A DNA stretch of 64,000 nucleotides from a virus (taxonomy: Duplodnaviria; Caudoviricetes): positions 1 through 64,000 of IMG/VR virus record IMGVR_UViG_3300026549_000048; one strand, written 5' to 3'. The translations under genes were made by a program, and so were the position numbers. Below, one piece after another: positions 38,402 to 50,745 of this stretch (position 1 is its first letter; every line of letters starts with the position of its first letter). A model generated the notes under the pieces. It saw only the letters and a program-made list of their open reading frames with translations. It did not search any database and had not been told where the DNA came from.

Positions 38402-38839
38402 ATGATAACACCAGAAGGCGAAATACAAGATATTTTAACAGATATTTGTGACGATGATTTTTACGATTACGTTTACGATTATCACGAAACAACAGTTATT
38501 GAAAACAATGATATAGAATATTTAAATGATGTTGAGGCTCTATGGGCTGCAATTGTTGGCGTATTAAAAACAGAGGTTGGAGTAGTAGATGGAGTTGGTT
38601 TGGAAAATTATGGAAGTCGGTTATTATCTCTTATGGGAGAACATACAAGTTGGTTTAATGCCGAATTAGCAAAAGTGTATATAAAAGAAACAATTCCACA
38701 ATTCCAAGGATACGTACTTGATTTTCCAGTAATTGATATTTATGAACCAGTTCCCGAAACAAGCGATCGCCGAACAATGATTATCAAATTAACTGTTGAT
38801 AGTGTATTTGGCAGATTTACAAGAACATTTTATATGTGA
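38402..38839 (+). CDS. Baseplate sheath initiator (gp25/W-like)
   Basis: LKTEVG...NYGSRLLSLMGE. Confidence 0.75.
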   Translation: MITPEGEIQDILTDICDDDFYDYVYDYHETTVIENNDIEYLNDVEALWAAIVGVLKTEVGVVDGVGLENYGSRLLSLMGEHTSWFNAELAKVYIKETIPQFQGYVLDFPVIDIYEPVPETSDRRTMIIKLTVDSVFGRFTRTFYM

Positions 38840-38843
38840 TATT

Positions 38844-40979
38844 ATGGTATATGATTCTTTTAATTATGACATAAAAAGTAGACTTCCTTTATGGTGGCAA
38901 GAAGATACCTTTTTAGAGCCAATTAATCGATATGCTCAGGAATTACTTAAAGATCTTGTTGGAGGTTTTTTAACCAATTTAGGAGTTGTTCAACCCGTTC
39001 AAGTTTGGAAAACACTTCCTACTGAATATAGTTGGCTACATACATATATTAGTCATGACTCTCTTCTAAAAAATGAACAAGGCGGAACCGTAGCAAAAAT
39101 ATTATATCCAAATACTCCAATTCGAGCTGAAATACCAAACTCAAAAAGAAACTCTCATGCTATTATACAGTTAAAATTAACTGGGGACTATCACGGAGCA
39201 GAAAAAAAAATTAATAAACTTATTATTAGAAATGCTCATCAAACCATTACCATCAATAATATCACTACTATGACAGATATCAAAATATTCACGGAAGACC
39301 ATAAAATTTTAATAGATGGGGTACAAAGAAGTGATTTAGTTACTGGGTATTTTGATAAAATTTATAGTCAAGCAAAAAACACTAATTATGAGGAATTAGA
39401 TATACGTGATGAAAATAAAATTACATATATTGAATTAGAATCTGATGTTAATACCATGTTTGATTTAAAAATTAAACATATACACCCAATTTATGTAACA
39501 GAACAAAACATTAGAGTTTATAGTGTTAGTGCTTTTCCAATTGAATATATAAAATTATATGGTTTTTATTGTCATGATTTTAATAATAAACAAGAATGGC
39601 AATTTTTATGGGAAAAACATTATGATGAAGAGGATAGAGTTGTATTCGATAGAATAACAAAACAATTTGATTGTGAAACATTTTATGTTCAAGTTAAACT
39701 TCATGGTATTGGTGTCCCATTAGTTTATGGATTTCCACAAGAAGAATTATCTGGAAATAGTATTTTTGAAACAAATAAAATGCTTGATAAATGGGGTAGA
39801 ATTTATGGATTACCTCGAAGATACTATAAGACTCATATTAGCGATGATGATGAACCTTATACCTTCCCTCCTTATTATAAATATAATATAGAACAAGATT
39901 ATTGGTATGAACAGCGTTTAATAAATGAATATCAGCATAATGAAGATGCTATTAATGCGGCATATATTAAGGACGATCAATTTAATAACATCGCATTATT
40001 AAGAACAATAGATCCTTTTATTGAAGATATTTATGTTTATACAGAAACAATTTCTCCCGATATTGATTATAATCGAGAGATAGGATATATTAATCCTACA
40101 TATTTGTTAGAAAGTGGAGAAGGAATTACTTGGGCTAATCCTCATCAAATTGCTAATACAACATTCGTTGGAGCTGAAATTGAATTAAAACCAAAAACAA
40201 GTCAATATTTTAATACCAAAGAATATCAAACAAAAATACTTGAAATACATTTTGATGAAATTCCAGAACTTCCAAAAAATATTGAAATAACAGGAATTGA
40301 ATTAAAAATCACTGGAATGACAGATATACATTCAACATCTTTAACATTAGATGATAGAACAAGAATGTTATTGCCTATCATAAATACCATAGATAAAGAG
40401 GTTATTTTAGATATTGATAGCATTCCAATTGTAAACGAAGAGCATTATTGGGAAAAAGGTAAAGGTGTATATTCAATTGGCGGTAAAAACATTTTATTTG
40501 GGCAAGAAAAAATAACAAAAGAGCAAATTCAAAATGGATTAGCTTTTGAGTTAGCATTCACAAATAATAATCAATTTTTAAAAACATCTATTGTAATTTA
40601 TAATATACAATTATTTATTTATTACAAGTTATTGCAGGATAAGTATGATATGAATGTCGAGCTTGATAAAAAAGAAATTATATTAACAGATAACAATAAA
40701 CAAAGAATTAAAATGAAAATTAATTTAGAAAACACAGGAAACATTCCTGTTGTTGATAAAACCGTATTTATTGTTGCTCCACCAGAACTTCATGTTACAC
40801 ATAAAAAATTTGGAATGTTTGACTTAGATGTTAAAGAAAAATTTATTATTGGAGATACAGAAGATGATGAAATCATTATAACCTGCCCAGATAATCGAAC
40901 AGGTTTTTATGACATCATGGTTTTTTGTGATGATAAAGTTGTTAATAATCAAATTACAGTCAGGAATGGTTTTGAATGA
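38844..40979 (+). CDS. Baseplate wedge-related protein (start at 38844)
   Basis: RLPLWW N-terminus and LDKWGRIYGLPR (gpI/gp48-like). Confidence 0.6.
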   Translation: MVYDSFNYDIKSRLPLWWQEDTFLEPINRYAQELLKDLVGGFLTNLGVVQPVQVWKTLPTEYSWLHTYISHDSLLKNEQGGTVAKILYPNTPIRAEIPNSKRNSHAIIQLKLTGDYHGAEKKINKLIIRNAHQTITINNITTMTDIKIFTEDHKILIDGVQRSDLVTGYFDKIYSQAKNTNYEELDIRDENKITYIELESDVNTMFDLKIKHIHPIYVTEQNIRVYSVSAFPIEYIKLYGFYCHDFNNKQEWQFLWEKHYDEEDRVVFDRITKQFDCETFYVQVKLHGIGVPLVYGFPQEELSGNSIFETNKMLDKWGRIYGLPRRYYKTHISDDDEPYTFPPYYKYNIEQDYWYEQRLINEYQHNEDAINAAYIKDDQFNNIALLRTIDPFIEDIYVYTETISPDIDYNREIGYINPTYLLESGEGITWANPHQIANTTFVGAEIELKPKTSQYFNTKEYQTKILEIHFDEIPELPKNIEITGIELKITGMTDIHSTSLTLDDRTRMLLPIINTIDKEVILDIDSIPIVNEEHYWEKGKGVYSIGGKNILFGQEKITKEQIQNGLAFELAFTNNNQFLKTSIVIYNIQLFIYYKLLQDKYDMNVELDKKEIILTDNNKQRIKMKINLENTGNIPVVDKTVFIVAPPELHVTHKKFGMFDLDVKEKFIIGDTEDDEIIITCPDNRTGFYDIMVFCDDKVVNNQITVRNGFE

Positions 40980-41881
40980 TACTAAATGAAGAGGGTAAAA
41001 AAGAATTTTTAACATCAGATTTTCATACTTACATTGATATAGAATTATCATGTGATATTAAAACAAATAATATTACTCAATTTTCAAATTTTGTTTTACC
41101 GATTCAAAAATTATATGAGTATATTGATGAACAGTATTTAAAATCTTTGTTTAATAAAGAATATAATAATGTTTTTTTTACAACGCAAGATAATAATGTT
41201 ATACATAGATATGAATATTATCAAAAAGTATTTTTCATTAGAATGACACCATTTGGAAGTCTAAGAATGCATTTTGTTCCAAAAAAATATGATGCGTCTG
41301 ATTCGAAAACAGATAAGGCAATTTTAATTTTTAAGGACAATAAACAAAATATTAATAAAAATAATTTTTCATGTACAGAAGAATATCAAAGAGATAATGA
41401 AAAAAACACAATTAATTTATATTATCAATTAACTGAACAAAAACCTTCAAATGGATTGTATCTTTTTAATATTAAAAATCAAACAAAAAATTTAAACAAA
41501 CTTCAAATTAATATGGGTTATAGTTACAATGATACAAATCCAACAGATAAATTAAAACATTATACTGGGGTTCTTGATATGAGCAATCAAAATGGTGATC
41601 TTATTACTGATAATAATTATACCGAATATAATAAAACATTGGTGGACGCCAATTATGATAATGTTTCAGATTACACAAATGTAAGTAAAATGATAACAAT
41701 AGAAAATTCACCTCAATGGCCTTCAGATACAACTCCATACAATGATAACGTTCATGATGTTGGATTTAATAACGAACATACGATTAATCAAATATATCAT
41801 AAAACTATTAAATATATCAATGATGATATCTACATTGAAGAAAATAATGAATCTATAATTCAAATGTGGAATGAAAGGTGA
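40976..41881 (+). CDS. Hypothetical structural protein
   Basis: Overlaps neighbours within the baseplate operon. Confidence 0.65.
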   Translation: MILNEEGKKEFLTSDFHTYIDIELSCDIKTNNITQFSNFVLPIQKLYEYIDEQYLKSLFNKEYNNVFFTTQDNNVIHRYEYYQKVFFIRMTPFGSLRMHFVPKKYDASDSKTDKAILIFKDNKQNINKNNFSCTEEYQRDNEKNTINLYYQLTEQKPSNGLYLFNIKNQTKNLNKLQINMGYSYNDTNPTDKLKHYTGVLDMSNQNGDLITDNNYTEYNKTLVDANYDNVSDYTNVSKMITIENSPQWPSDTTPYNDNVHDVGFNNEHTINQIYHKTIKYINDDIYIEENNESIIQMWNER

Positions 41882-41886
41882 AAAAA

Positions 41887-44800
41887 TGAGTGAAATTGTA
41901 TTTAAACCTCAAAAAATTTCTCAACCAAATGCTAAAAAAGAATTATCAACAGCAGACGCATCTGCTTTCAAAAAATGTTCTTATAAAGGCGGATGGTATC
42001 CAAAGAAATATAGACAATGGACAGACATAAAAAATCTTTTAGTAGGGAAAAAAGCCCAATGTGGTTCTACGGAAGGATCAAAATATGGAGGAGAAATTCA
42101 GCATATTGGATCACCCACGGGTGATTTCCCTCAACCTGCATTATTACATTTTTATAATTTTGATACATCAAAACTTCAGTCATCTAATAAGATTAATAAA
42201 CTTACAATTTCATTTTCTTATCGAGTTATCAATGTAACAGCAAGTGGAAAACTATGGGTAAAAAATTTAGCAAAAAATGAAAGAGCTGTTATACAAGGGG
42301 TATCCGCTTGGTTTGGAACAAGTGATAAAAAAAAATTATTTAGCGCTGTTCAAAAGAAAGATACAAAAATCCGATATGAATTTAAAGATAAAAATAACAA
42401 ATACATTTGGAAAACCATTAGTTTTACCTTTAAAGATATTAGTGTATCTGATATACTAAATAAAGACTTTGCTTTTAATTTACAATTTGGATACAATTGT
42501 TCATCTGCGTCAACACCTTGTATTTTATATTTATCTGGTGTAAAAATGAATGTAGATTACGAAGAAGGAGTTCCATATATTGAGGGTAAAAATAGCATTA
42601 ATCATTTGTACACCAGCGCAGAAACGGTTTGTCAATCCTCTATTATTCAAACAATTGAAGCTGGATATAAAAATGGAAAAACAAAAATCAATGTTAATAA
42701 AGCTCCTAAAAAACTTGGTTCTACAATTAAAGTTAAAAAAGCACCAACAGGGGTAACTGTTACCTCACAGACTTCAGATGATTTAAAAACAACCTTTCAA
42801 ATAACTGATAAATCTAATATACCTGGCGAAAAAACAATTACCTATTATCTTAATGATTTTCCGTCAAAAACTGTCAATGTTTCATATACAGCTATTAAAA
42901 GAGAAAAACCTGAATATAATTTTATTACAAAATACAAACACAATGAAGATTTTGATTCTAACAAAGCATATGTTATTTTTAAAAATGGCTGCGCTACATC
43001 AATTAAAATTTATATTGATTCATTAGATTCCTCTCCAATTAAATTATCTATTACAAACCAAAATAGCGAAACAAATCTCCTCAATGAACAACAAATTAAA
43101 AAATTCCACAATGCAATTAAAACATTAAAATGTGGATACCATGTGTTGTATATTCAACGAGGTAATGAGTCATTAGAAGATGTAAAACACAATGATGTTA
43201 CAATTCAAGTCTCTCCAATGAATTATAAATTTCGAATATATAGTGATACAAACCCAAATTTAATATATCAACAATCCAAAGATAGCGCTTCAAGAAAAGA
43301 ATCTATTAATATACAAAGAATCGATAATGAGCCCATTGAAAAAATTAATAATATTAAAATTTTCGATGAAACAAATTTAGATCAAGTACCTCATAGTGTT
43401 AATAATGTAGCGAAAGGGCAAATTATTACCCATGAAATTGATAAATATTATGCAGGAGATTTCTATATTAAAGTTATGGACGATACAAATAACTGTTCAT
43501 CAACTAATAGCTCTATTGGAAAAATTACAATTAAAAGTAATCATAGGCAAAACTATGATTATTTATTTACACGTGGAGAGGATGGAACTGCGTTCGATTT
43601 TGATTATTTGGTTGCCTGGGAAGGAGATCGTATTCTAGCGCCAATCACAGTTACAGATATTAATTTAACAAGTTCAAATCAAAACATTAAAATTTGTAGT
43701 CAATCATCTGAAACAGGTCTCTCTCAAATTGGAATTGTAAATTTAAGAGTAAGAAATATAACTGAAGATCAAATTATTAATAATCTTAAATTAGAATTAA
43801 ATACATTGGAATTAAATGATAATGATCAATTAGACGTAACAACAGATGAATGGACAACACCTGATGGAATTTTTAATGACTTTTATAAACTCTTTCATGA
43901 ATTTAATGAAAACTTAGGAAACAATGTTGAAGTAAAAAACCTTACGGCTGACAATGATTTAATTGACGAAGAGAATGTATATTTGTTAATTCAACAAATC
44001 GACCCAAGTACCACCATTAATATTAAAATACCGTATAGATGCTCAATTGAAAAAGAAATTCATTTGCAATATCTATTATTTGAGGAAGCGCAGCCAATTC
44101 ATAATATCTCAAGCTGTGATAATAATATTCGTGAAACAAATCTGCCAACTGATATTTCAATAAATGTTATTGATTCAATGCAAACAGAGTTAGAAATTAC
44201 TGGGAATACCGATATTTTATTTTTAGATGATACATTCGATTGTCCACAAGAATGTTATACAACGAAAGACGATAATGGCGATTTACAGTCAGGGGGTATA
44301 ACATATCGTATTACGAATATTGACACAAATAATTTTGAAAATACCCCATTTATTTCAACTCAAATTATTAATAGTAACGAATTAATTCCTTATGGCTATT
44401 ATGTTAATGGAGAATACTATGCGTTATTTGACGCTAATGGAAATAAAAAAACAAATATTCGTGATAATCCAATGAGAGATGAACAAGGAGAAATTATTTA
44501 TGACCCAAATACATCTCAACCAATTTATCAACTAAATAAAATTCAATGGACTCAGGAAGAAAAAATTGGAAATCCACAACCATTAAGTCAACAATTAATT
44601 TACTGTTATATAAAATTCCCAAAACAACAAAAAGAAACAATCATTCAAAGAACAAACACAAATGGATTGGCTAATTTCTTTATAACTATTCCATATACCC
44701 TTAATAATAATTATACTATCGAAGAATTACTTGATTCTGTTGTATATTTCAAATATATGGGAAATACTTTTTATGATCAATCTGTATGTAAATTAAATAA

Positions 44801-45644
44801 TAATTTTGAACAAATAACACGAAATACTGAAAAAAATGAAACAATTTTAAGTTATACTGATAATCATAAAAAATATTATCCTGGAGAAGTGGTACATATC
44901 CCAATTTCCTTAGCAATGAGGCCAAAATTAATTACAAATCAAATTACATTTAATGCTAATTTACAAGATATCGGCTCATCTGATGAGGTAACAATACTAT
45001 ATAAAATTTGTAATTTAAATGATAATGAAGGTAAATTTAAAACTACATTCAAAACAAATAACAAATTCTTAATCCCTCACGAAATTACGGAAAATATTTA
45101 TTGTGGTATTGATAGTAAAATTCAAGTTGACACTAGAATAGAAAAAAGCATTTTAGAGTCAGAAACAATAAATATGATTTATATTAATGCTATTAACCAA
45201 GATAAAATTAATAAAGACGTTTCTATAGAAATAGATTTAGGTCAACGTTTAGATATTAATTATTTAGGAGATTATAGTTTCTTGGATATTAACATTGATG
45301 ATGGAGATTACGCTATCTCAGAGGAAGACGGACGTATTATTGTAACATGGTTAATAGGTCGTATGGACGAATTCCAAAAAAATAAAGGTATTATTAAAAT
45401 TAAAGCTGGACATGTTGGTCTTTCTGATATTCAAATACATATATTTGATTATATACATCAAAAAGGTAAAGACGATTTAATCATCAAAAATTCAAAATGT
45501 AATAAGTGTGAAAATAAACCAACAACATATAGAGTTAAAGATAGTCCATGGAAACAATTTAACGGTATTTGGTATAAATTAATTAATGGAAAGTATTATA
45601 AAAAAGTTATTAACAATGGAAAAATAAAATGGGTGGCAAAATGA
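41887..45644 (+). CDS. Large beta-rich structural protein (start at 41887)
   Basis: AGGTGA SD; about 1250 aa; Ig-like VTWLIG motif near the end. Confidence 0.65.
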
Positions 45645-48600
45645 GTGATACATCATATGACAGATTAAAACATCTTAACTCTGAAATTATCAATAATAAA
45701 GCACAATTAATATTAAAAGTAGATCAGAGTAATGATTATATTTATCCAAATAAAGTCTACGAATACGATATTTATTGTAAAAATATGTCAAATCATTTGA
45801 TTGAAGATGTGCATATTCAAGTTATTAATCCCGAAAATGTATTAATCGATGAAGATGATAATAATGAGGGTATTGAAATTGGTGATATCCCAATGCATCA
45901 AAGTCATCTGATAAGATTAAAAGCAAGATGTTCACAAACTGGAATTTATACCGTACATTTTATTTGTTATGGAAAAGGAACTGGACTATTTACTCAAAAA
46001 TTAACAATATATTGTAGTTATAATTCACAAAACCCAGAAACAACGCATCGTATTCATGTTTATAATTTTACTCCATATGAGGAAAAATATTTATTACAAG
46101 CCGAAGATTATAATGATAACTTTACAAGATTAAGAAAGCAACAAAAATTACCATATATGGCAAAGCAAAATCCATTTAGTTTTATCAAATCTGACCCTAA
46201 CAAGGGATTTCTTATTGATGAATCTCAAAATTATTTAGATCAAAAAGATACATTATATGGAGATCCGTATAACTCCGACGAGCATAATTATCAATATATT
46301 GATCGAGAGAACTTCAACAAAGGTTCTATTGAAGTTTTTGAGGGACAAAATTTAGTTGATGTAATTAATCAAATTAATGATAAATCCAAATTATTTAGAG
46401 CTACTTTTTTAAAAACTGGTTCTAATAGATTATTAAATGATTTTAAGCAATATAACCCTGACGGATTTTTATATCGTTTTGGATTAATGAGTTCTGAACT
46501 ATTCCATTATTTAGGTGTATTACCTGATTATTCTTATATGAATGACCTTTTATTTACATGGGCCCCAGATGGAAGTGAACCTTTAAATCTATATCCTAAA
46601 AAAGTTGCAATGAATTGGAATACAAAAAAATGGGCAGGACGTGGCTTTGATGTATATAAAATGTATACTGATGAATATAAAAACGAAATAATTAATAATC
46701 CTGAGTTTATTCCAATGTTTCAGTTCATAGGGAGCTTTGATTTAAAAGAAACAGCTCAAGAATATATTAATAAAGAATATGAAACTGATACAACAAATAT
46801 TTATTATATGCAAACAGAAGATGGAATTGTTGGAATAAGAAAATATCAATATATTATAAAAGAGAGCTATTTAGATACTGGTGTATTTTATGTCCATATT
46901 CCATTGGATAAAATTCCAACAAACTTTTATCTGCCATCTACCGAAGAAATAGAGGCAATTGTTCAAAGAACAAAACCATTTGGGATGAAGCCTTTAATCA
47001 GATATGTTTCAACAATTAGATTTAACCATAATATGAGCTTTCATGCTTATCCATCTATACAGCCATTGGTTAATTTTCATATGGGACATTATGATAGAAT
47101 TAGATATACAATACAATCAATGAAATATAAAAATATTATTGAAAAAATTTGCACAGGAAATAATCAATATGTAACAAGAGAGGCCTTAAAGTTAATTCCG
47201 TGCGGCCCAACAATCTCAAATGCATTTCACGTAGATCATTCACAAAATATTAATATGCACTTAGATAAACCTAAAGCCCAGCATACATTAGATATGGATA
47301 TGCAAATTAGCAATGAAGCCATTTCATGTTCAATTGATAATGATTTATCTCGATTATCATCAATCAATGAATTATTATATCAAAATAATTTTGAAAAAAT
47401 CTCCTTCATGATATCAAATGTGCAAACACAACCAATGCTTGACTTGTCAACGAATTTACCTCAAATTAATACAATCAATTACAAATTATGGATTCAAGCT
47501 TTAGAAGATGAAGAACATTCAAAAATATGGGATTTAGCTATTAAAGGAAAAGGGGATAATAGGTCATATAAAATTAATATTAAAAACAACACAGAAACTA
47601 CATTTGATTTTATGAAAATTAGTCTAATTAATCAACAAATTAGACAACCTAATATTGAAACGGGTATCGGCTTTAAAGATATTACAGGAAAATTATATGG
47701 AATTTCTGCTGAATATGATGAGCATTTAAAACTATTTAATATTAAATATACAACCTCAAATAATAACAATTTTAAAATACATAAAAAAATTGTTTCAGAT
47801 TTAACTGGTTTAGCATATAAAATAATTTTAACAAGAACATCTACTATTGTATTATTCTTTATTGAAAAAGATATTGATGGACAATCAACATATCAATATT
47901 TCCATCATATTATTGTTCCTATAATCCGATCAGCATTTTGCTTCATTCGGAATGAAAAAGATATATCTTCTATCGTTAATTTAGCTAATCTTATTTCTGT
48001 TGGGTCAAATACAAATAATCCTATATTGTTTAATACCCCTCAATATCTTGATTTTAATGAATACGATCCAAAAATTATTATTACCGATAATATTAATCCA
48101 TGGACAAATATTTCTCGTATTGACCGTAACGAATACAGTTATGCTATTAAACACAATATATCAAATGATATTGAACAGGTAGATTCTATTCAATTGCATT
48201 TTGATGATATACATATACCTGATGACGCTATTGTAAAAAATATGAGTGTACATGCTATTGTTGAATCAAATGTCGATAAAAGTATATATTACTCCATCAG
48301 AAACCAAGATGGTTTTATTACCCCAGAAAGTTCTATTAATCAAATTAGTTTATATCCAATTGATTTAGAGATGTATCCACGTTTAAATCGTAATAAAGCA
48401 TATTATGAAGAACAATATAATATCGCAGTCGCAAATAATGTTCAAGAAAGTATCACATACTTTAATAATAAATTACAAGAGAATTATTTCTTTGATGAAA
48501 AATTAGGATTATCTTTAAACTTCTTAGATAATATTAATGATAAAATTACTATTAATAATCCGTTTTGGTGCGAAATAGCTAGCTTCTCAAATGAAAATAT

Positions 48601-49786
48601 ATCATTCAATGATATTGAAGAATGTGTTTTCGTAATAGAAGGATATAATGCAGGAGGAGAAGTAACATTGTCTTCTCAATTAGGACAAAATCAAACAATG
48701 ACTCCTTCAATAAAAACAACTATACCAAGTGGTTATTTTGTAAAACATATTCCATTGAATTTTTACAATCAATTTGTTTTATCAGATGTATTTGTAAAAT
48801 TTAGATTCGAAGGATTAAATAGTAATATGGATATTTTTGACGTTCATATGGACGTAACTTTTAAAGATAAACAAAAATCAAATGAAATTGGTTTTAGTGA
48901 ATTTGAATCTTTTGATATTAAAGGGAAAAAAATCATTGATTTAGATGTTATTAAAAGCGATACAATTGGTTATCTCTTAAAAAATGGGTTTACCGTTAAA
49001 TTAGATTTTGATGATTTAGAACCTGGCGAATATTATAGAATTTATTCATTAGTATTAAATATTACATATCAAGCGCAAAGTATTGACTTTTTAGCTAATA
49101 AAGAAAATGCACGAAATGTATCATATAATGATAATTTTATAATTGTTAGTGGAGATAAAAAAGCTCCATATTTATCTGGAATGTTTTTCAATGATATGCC
49201 AAGTGTATATCAATACAAATCTACCTCAAATAAAGACAATCCTGGTATTAAATTATCAGACACATTATATCAGTCATTTGTTGCAATGGACGATAATATT
49301 ACTAGTATAACATTATACCCAAATGGATTTGTCGGTAATCCAAATGCAAATATTAAAATTGGTTTGTATCAAAATGATGGATACACCCCAAATAAATTGA
49401 TTAAGGAAATTAATGTAAATGGATGGTCAAAAGCTAATGCCTCATTAAAAAATAAATCTGTTATTACTTATAATTTTAATGTTAATAACTTAAAAATTGG
49501 TGAGACATATTGGCTGAAATTTGAAGTAGAAAAAACAAACGATGATAGTTACTATTTATTAAAATATATTGATGAACCACAATTAGATTTAAAGTTATTA
49601 ACGAAAATAGATAATAATTTAATCAATATGTTTGGAGCATTGAAATTTCAAGTAAATAGTATACACTTATATAAAAGCTTTAATAATATTTCAACAATGC
49701 AAAATGATTTTAATAATCCAAATATCTATATTGGCTTAAACAAAGGTCAAGGATATATTAAAAATTTAAAAGTTAAAACAAAATAG
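45641..49786 (+). CDS. Large baseplate-associated protein (start at 45641)
   Basis: DUF11/Ig-like N-terminus; IVQRTKPFG wedge-like motif; YQSF...IGLY..DG.TP domain. Confidence 0.65.
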   Translation: MSDTSYDRLKHLNSEIINNKAQLILKVDQSNDYIYPNKVYEYDIYCKNMSNHLIEDVHIQVINPENVLIDEDDNNEGIEIGDIPMHQSHLIRLKARCSQTGIYTVHFICYGKGTGLFTQKLTIYCSYNSQNPETTHRIHVYNFTPYEEKYLLQAEDYNDNFTRLRKQQKLPYMAKQNPFSFIKSDPNKGFLIDESQNYLDQKDTLYGDPYNSDEHNYQYIDRENFNKGSIEVFEGQNLVDVINQINDKSKLFRATFLKTGSNRLLNDFKQYNPDGFLYRFGLMSSELFHYLGVLPDYSYMNDLLFTWAPDGSEPLNLYPKKVAMNWNTKKWAGRGFDVYKMYTDEYKNEIINNPEFIPMFQFIGSFDLKETAQEYINKEYETDTTNIYYMQTEDGIVGIRKYQYIIKESYLDTGVFYVHIPLDKIPTNFYLPSTEEIEAIVQRTKPFGMKPLIRYVSTIRFNHNMSFHAYPSIQPLVNFHMGHYDRIRYTIQSMKYKNIIEKICTGNNQYVTREALKLIPCGPTISNAFHVDHSQNINMHLDKPKAQHTLDMDMQISNEAISCSIDNDLSRLSSINELLYQNNFEKISFMISNVQTQPMLDLSTNLPQINTINYKLWIQALEDEEHSKIWDLAIKGKGDNRSYKINIKNNTETTFDFMKISLINQQIRQPNIETGIGFKDITGKLYGISAEYDEHLKLFNIKYTTSNNNNFKIHKKIVSDLTGLAYKIILTRTSTIVLFFIEKDIDGQSTYQYFHHIIVPIIRSAFCFIRNEKDISSIVNLANLISVGSNTNNPILFNTPQYLDFNEYDPKIIITDNINPWTNISRIDRNEYSYAIKHNISNDIEQVDSIQLHFDDIHIPDDAIVKNMSVHAIVESNVDKSIYYSIRNQDGFITPESSINQISLYPIDLEMYPRLNRNKAYYEEQYNIAVANNVQESITYFNNKLQENYFFDEKLGLSLNFLDNINDKITINNPFWCEIASFSNENISFNDIEECVFVIEGYNAGGEVTLSSQLGQNQTMTPSIKTTIPSGYFVKHIPLNFYNQFVLSDVFVKFRFEGLNSNMDIFDVHMDVTFKDKQKSNEIGFSEFESFDIKGKKIIDLDVIKSDTIGYLLKNGFTVKLDFDDLEPGEYYRIYSLVLNITYQAQSIDFLANKENARNVSYNDNFIIVSGDKKAPYLSGMFFNDMPSVYQYKSTSNKDNPGIKLSDTLYQSFVAMDDNITSITLYPNGFVGNPNANIKIGLYQNDGYTPNKLIKEINVNGWSKANASLKNKSVITYNFNVNNLKIGETYWLKFEVEKTNDDSYYLLKYIDEPQLDLKLLTKIDNNLINMFGALKFQVNSIHLYKSFNNISTMQNDFNNPNIYIGLNKGQGYIKNLKVKTK

Positions 49787-49794
49787 GTGTAAAT

Positions 49795-49920
49795 ATGAGT
49801 GAAGATATATCAAAAGAAAATTTTAATATTCAACCTAAAATGCGTATAAAAAAAATATTAATTAAAAATAAAGAAGGAGAAATCGTAGGAGAGTTAAAAA
49901 ATGACAACGTTGGACACTAA
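49795..49920 (+). CDS. 41-aa small protein (not in the ORF track)
   Basis: AGGTG SD; MSEDISKENFNIQPKMRIKKILIKNKEGEIVGELKNDNVGH*; fills the intergenic gap. Confidence 0.6.
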   Translation: MSEDISKENFNIQPKMRIKKILIKNKEGEIVGELKNDNVGH

Positions 49921-50389
49921 ACAAGATAATATTATCTTTATAGAGGGAAAAGAAAAAGGACTTAAGACATTATTTAGCAAAGAACATTTTGGTTATTTAG
50001 CGTTAGGATCTAATATAGAAACAGACACAAATGGCTTTGTTAATATTGAAGAGGGAGATGAAACTTCTTCAAGGGGTTTTCATGAAATTGTGGTTGATGC
50101 AATGGACGAAGAATCCGCATACCAAGATTCAACATATCAAAGAGTGGAGCTTGTTGTTCAACAAGATACAATCAGAGATTATGATAACGGAGAGGTTACC
50201 GTTAAATTTTTAGCTGAATTTGATGTTGATAACATTGTCTCTGGAATTCCAATTAATCAACTTGCAATCGTAGACACATCAACTCCGAACGATCCTTCAA
50301 CAACATATTATGCAGCATCAACATATAACAACAATTTAATCAAAGATGACCAAATGGCCTTAGTATTTATTATAGAAATAACAATTTAG
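49901..50389 (+). CDS. Tail-collar/fibre attachment-like protein
   Basis: YLALGS...RVEL...INQLAIVD...IKDD pattern. Confidence 0.6.
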   Translation: MTTLDTKQDNIIFIEGKEKGLKTLFSKEHFGYLALGSNIETDTNGFVNIEEGDETSSRGFHEIVVDAMDEESAYQDSTYQRVELVVQQDTIRDYDNGEVTVKFLAEFDVDNIVSGIPINQLAIVDTSTPNDPSTTYYAASTYNNNLIKDDQMALVFIIEITI

Positions 50390-50397
50390 GTGATAGA

Positions 50398-50745
50398 ATG
50401 GGAGCTCATATTGAAGCACAAAGTTCAAGCGAGGTAATGCAAATTCGAAGTAGAGAGCTTCAAATGGAAAATACAAAAAAATTAGAAGAAATAATACCTG
50501 TTGTAGATTCAATAAATGAAGTAAATTTTCAAAATATTGAAAACCAAACAAATGAAATTAAAGATTTAATTATTGATAATATTGATAATCAAGCTAATTT
50601 AGATGATATTTTAGATGGTATTAATAATTTAGCAAAAAATATTACAGAAGTAAAAAAAGCAAATACGCGTTTAAATAATTCCGTTAAAGATTTAGCTAAT
50701 CAAGTTTCTGATATTAAAGATCAGATGGGTGATAATAATGGTTAG
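50398..50745 (+). CDS. Coiled-coil hypothetical protein
   Basis: AGGTGA SD; heptad pattern. Confidence 0.65.
   Translation: MGAHIEAQSSSEVMQIRSRELQMENTKKLEEIIPVVDSINEVNFQNIENQTNEIKDLIIDNIDNQANLDDILDGINNLAKNITEVKKANTRLNNSVKDLANQVSDIKDQMGDNNG

Noticed and set aside
49891-49903. Frameshift joining the 41-aa ORF to 49901-50389
   Set aside because: The downstream ATG has its own SD (AGGAGAG), so independent initiation suffices.
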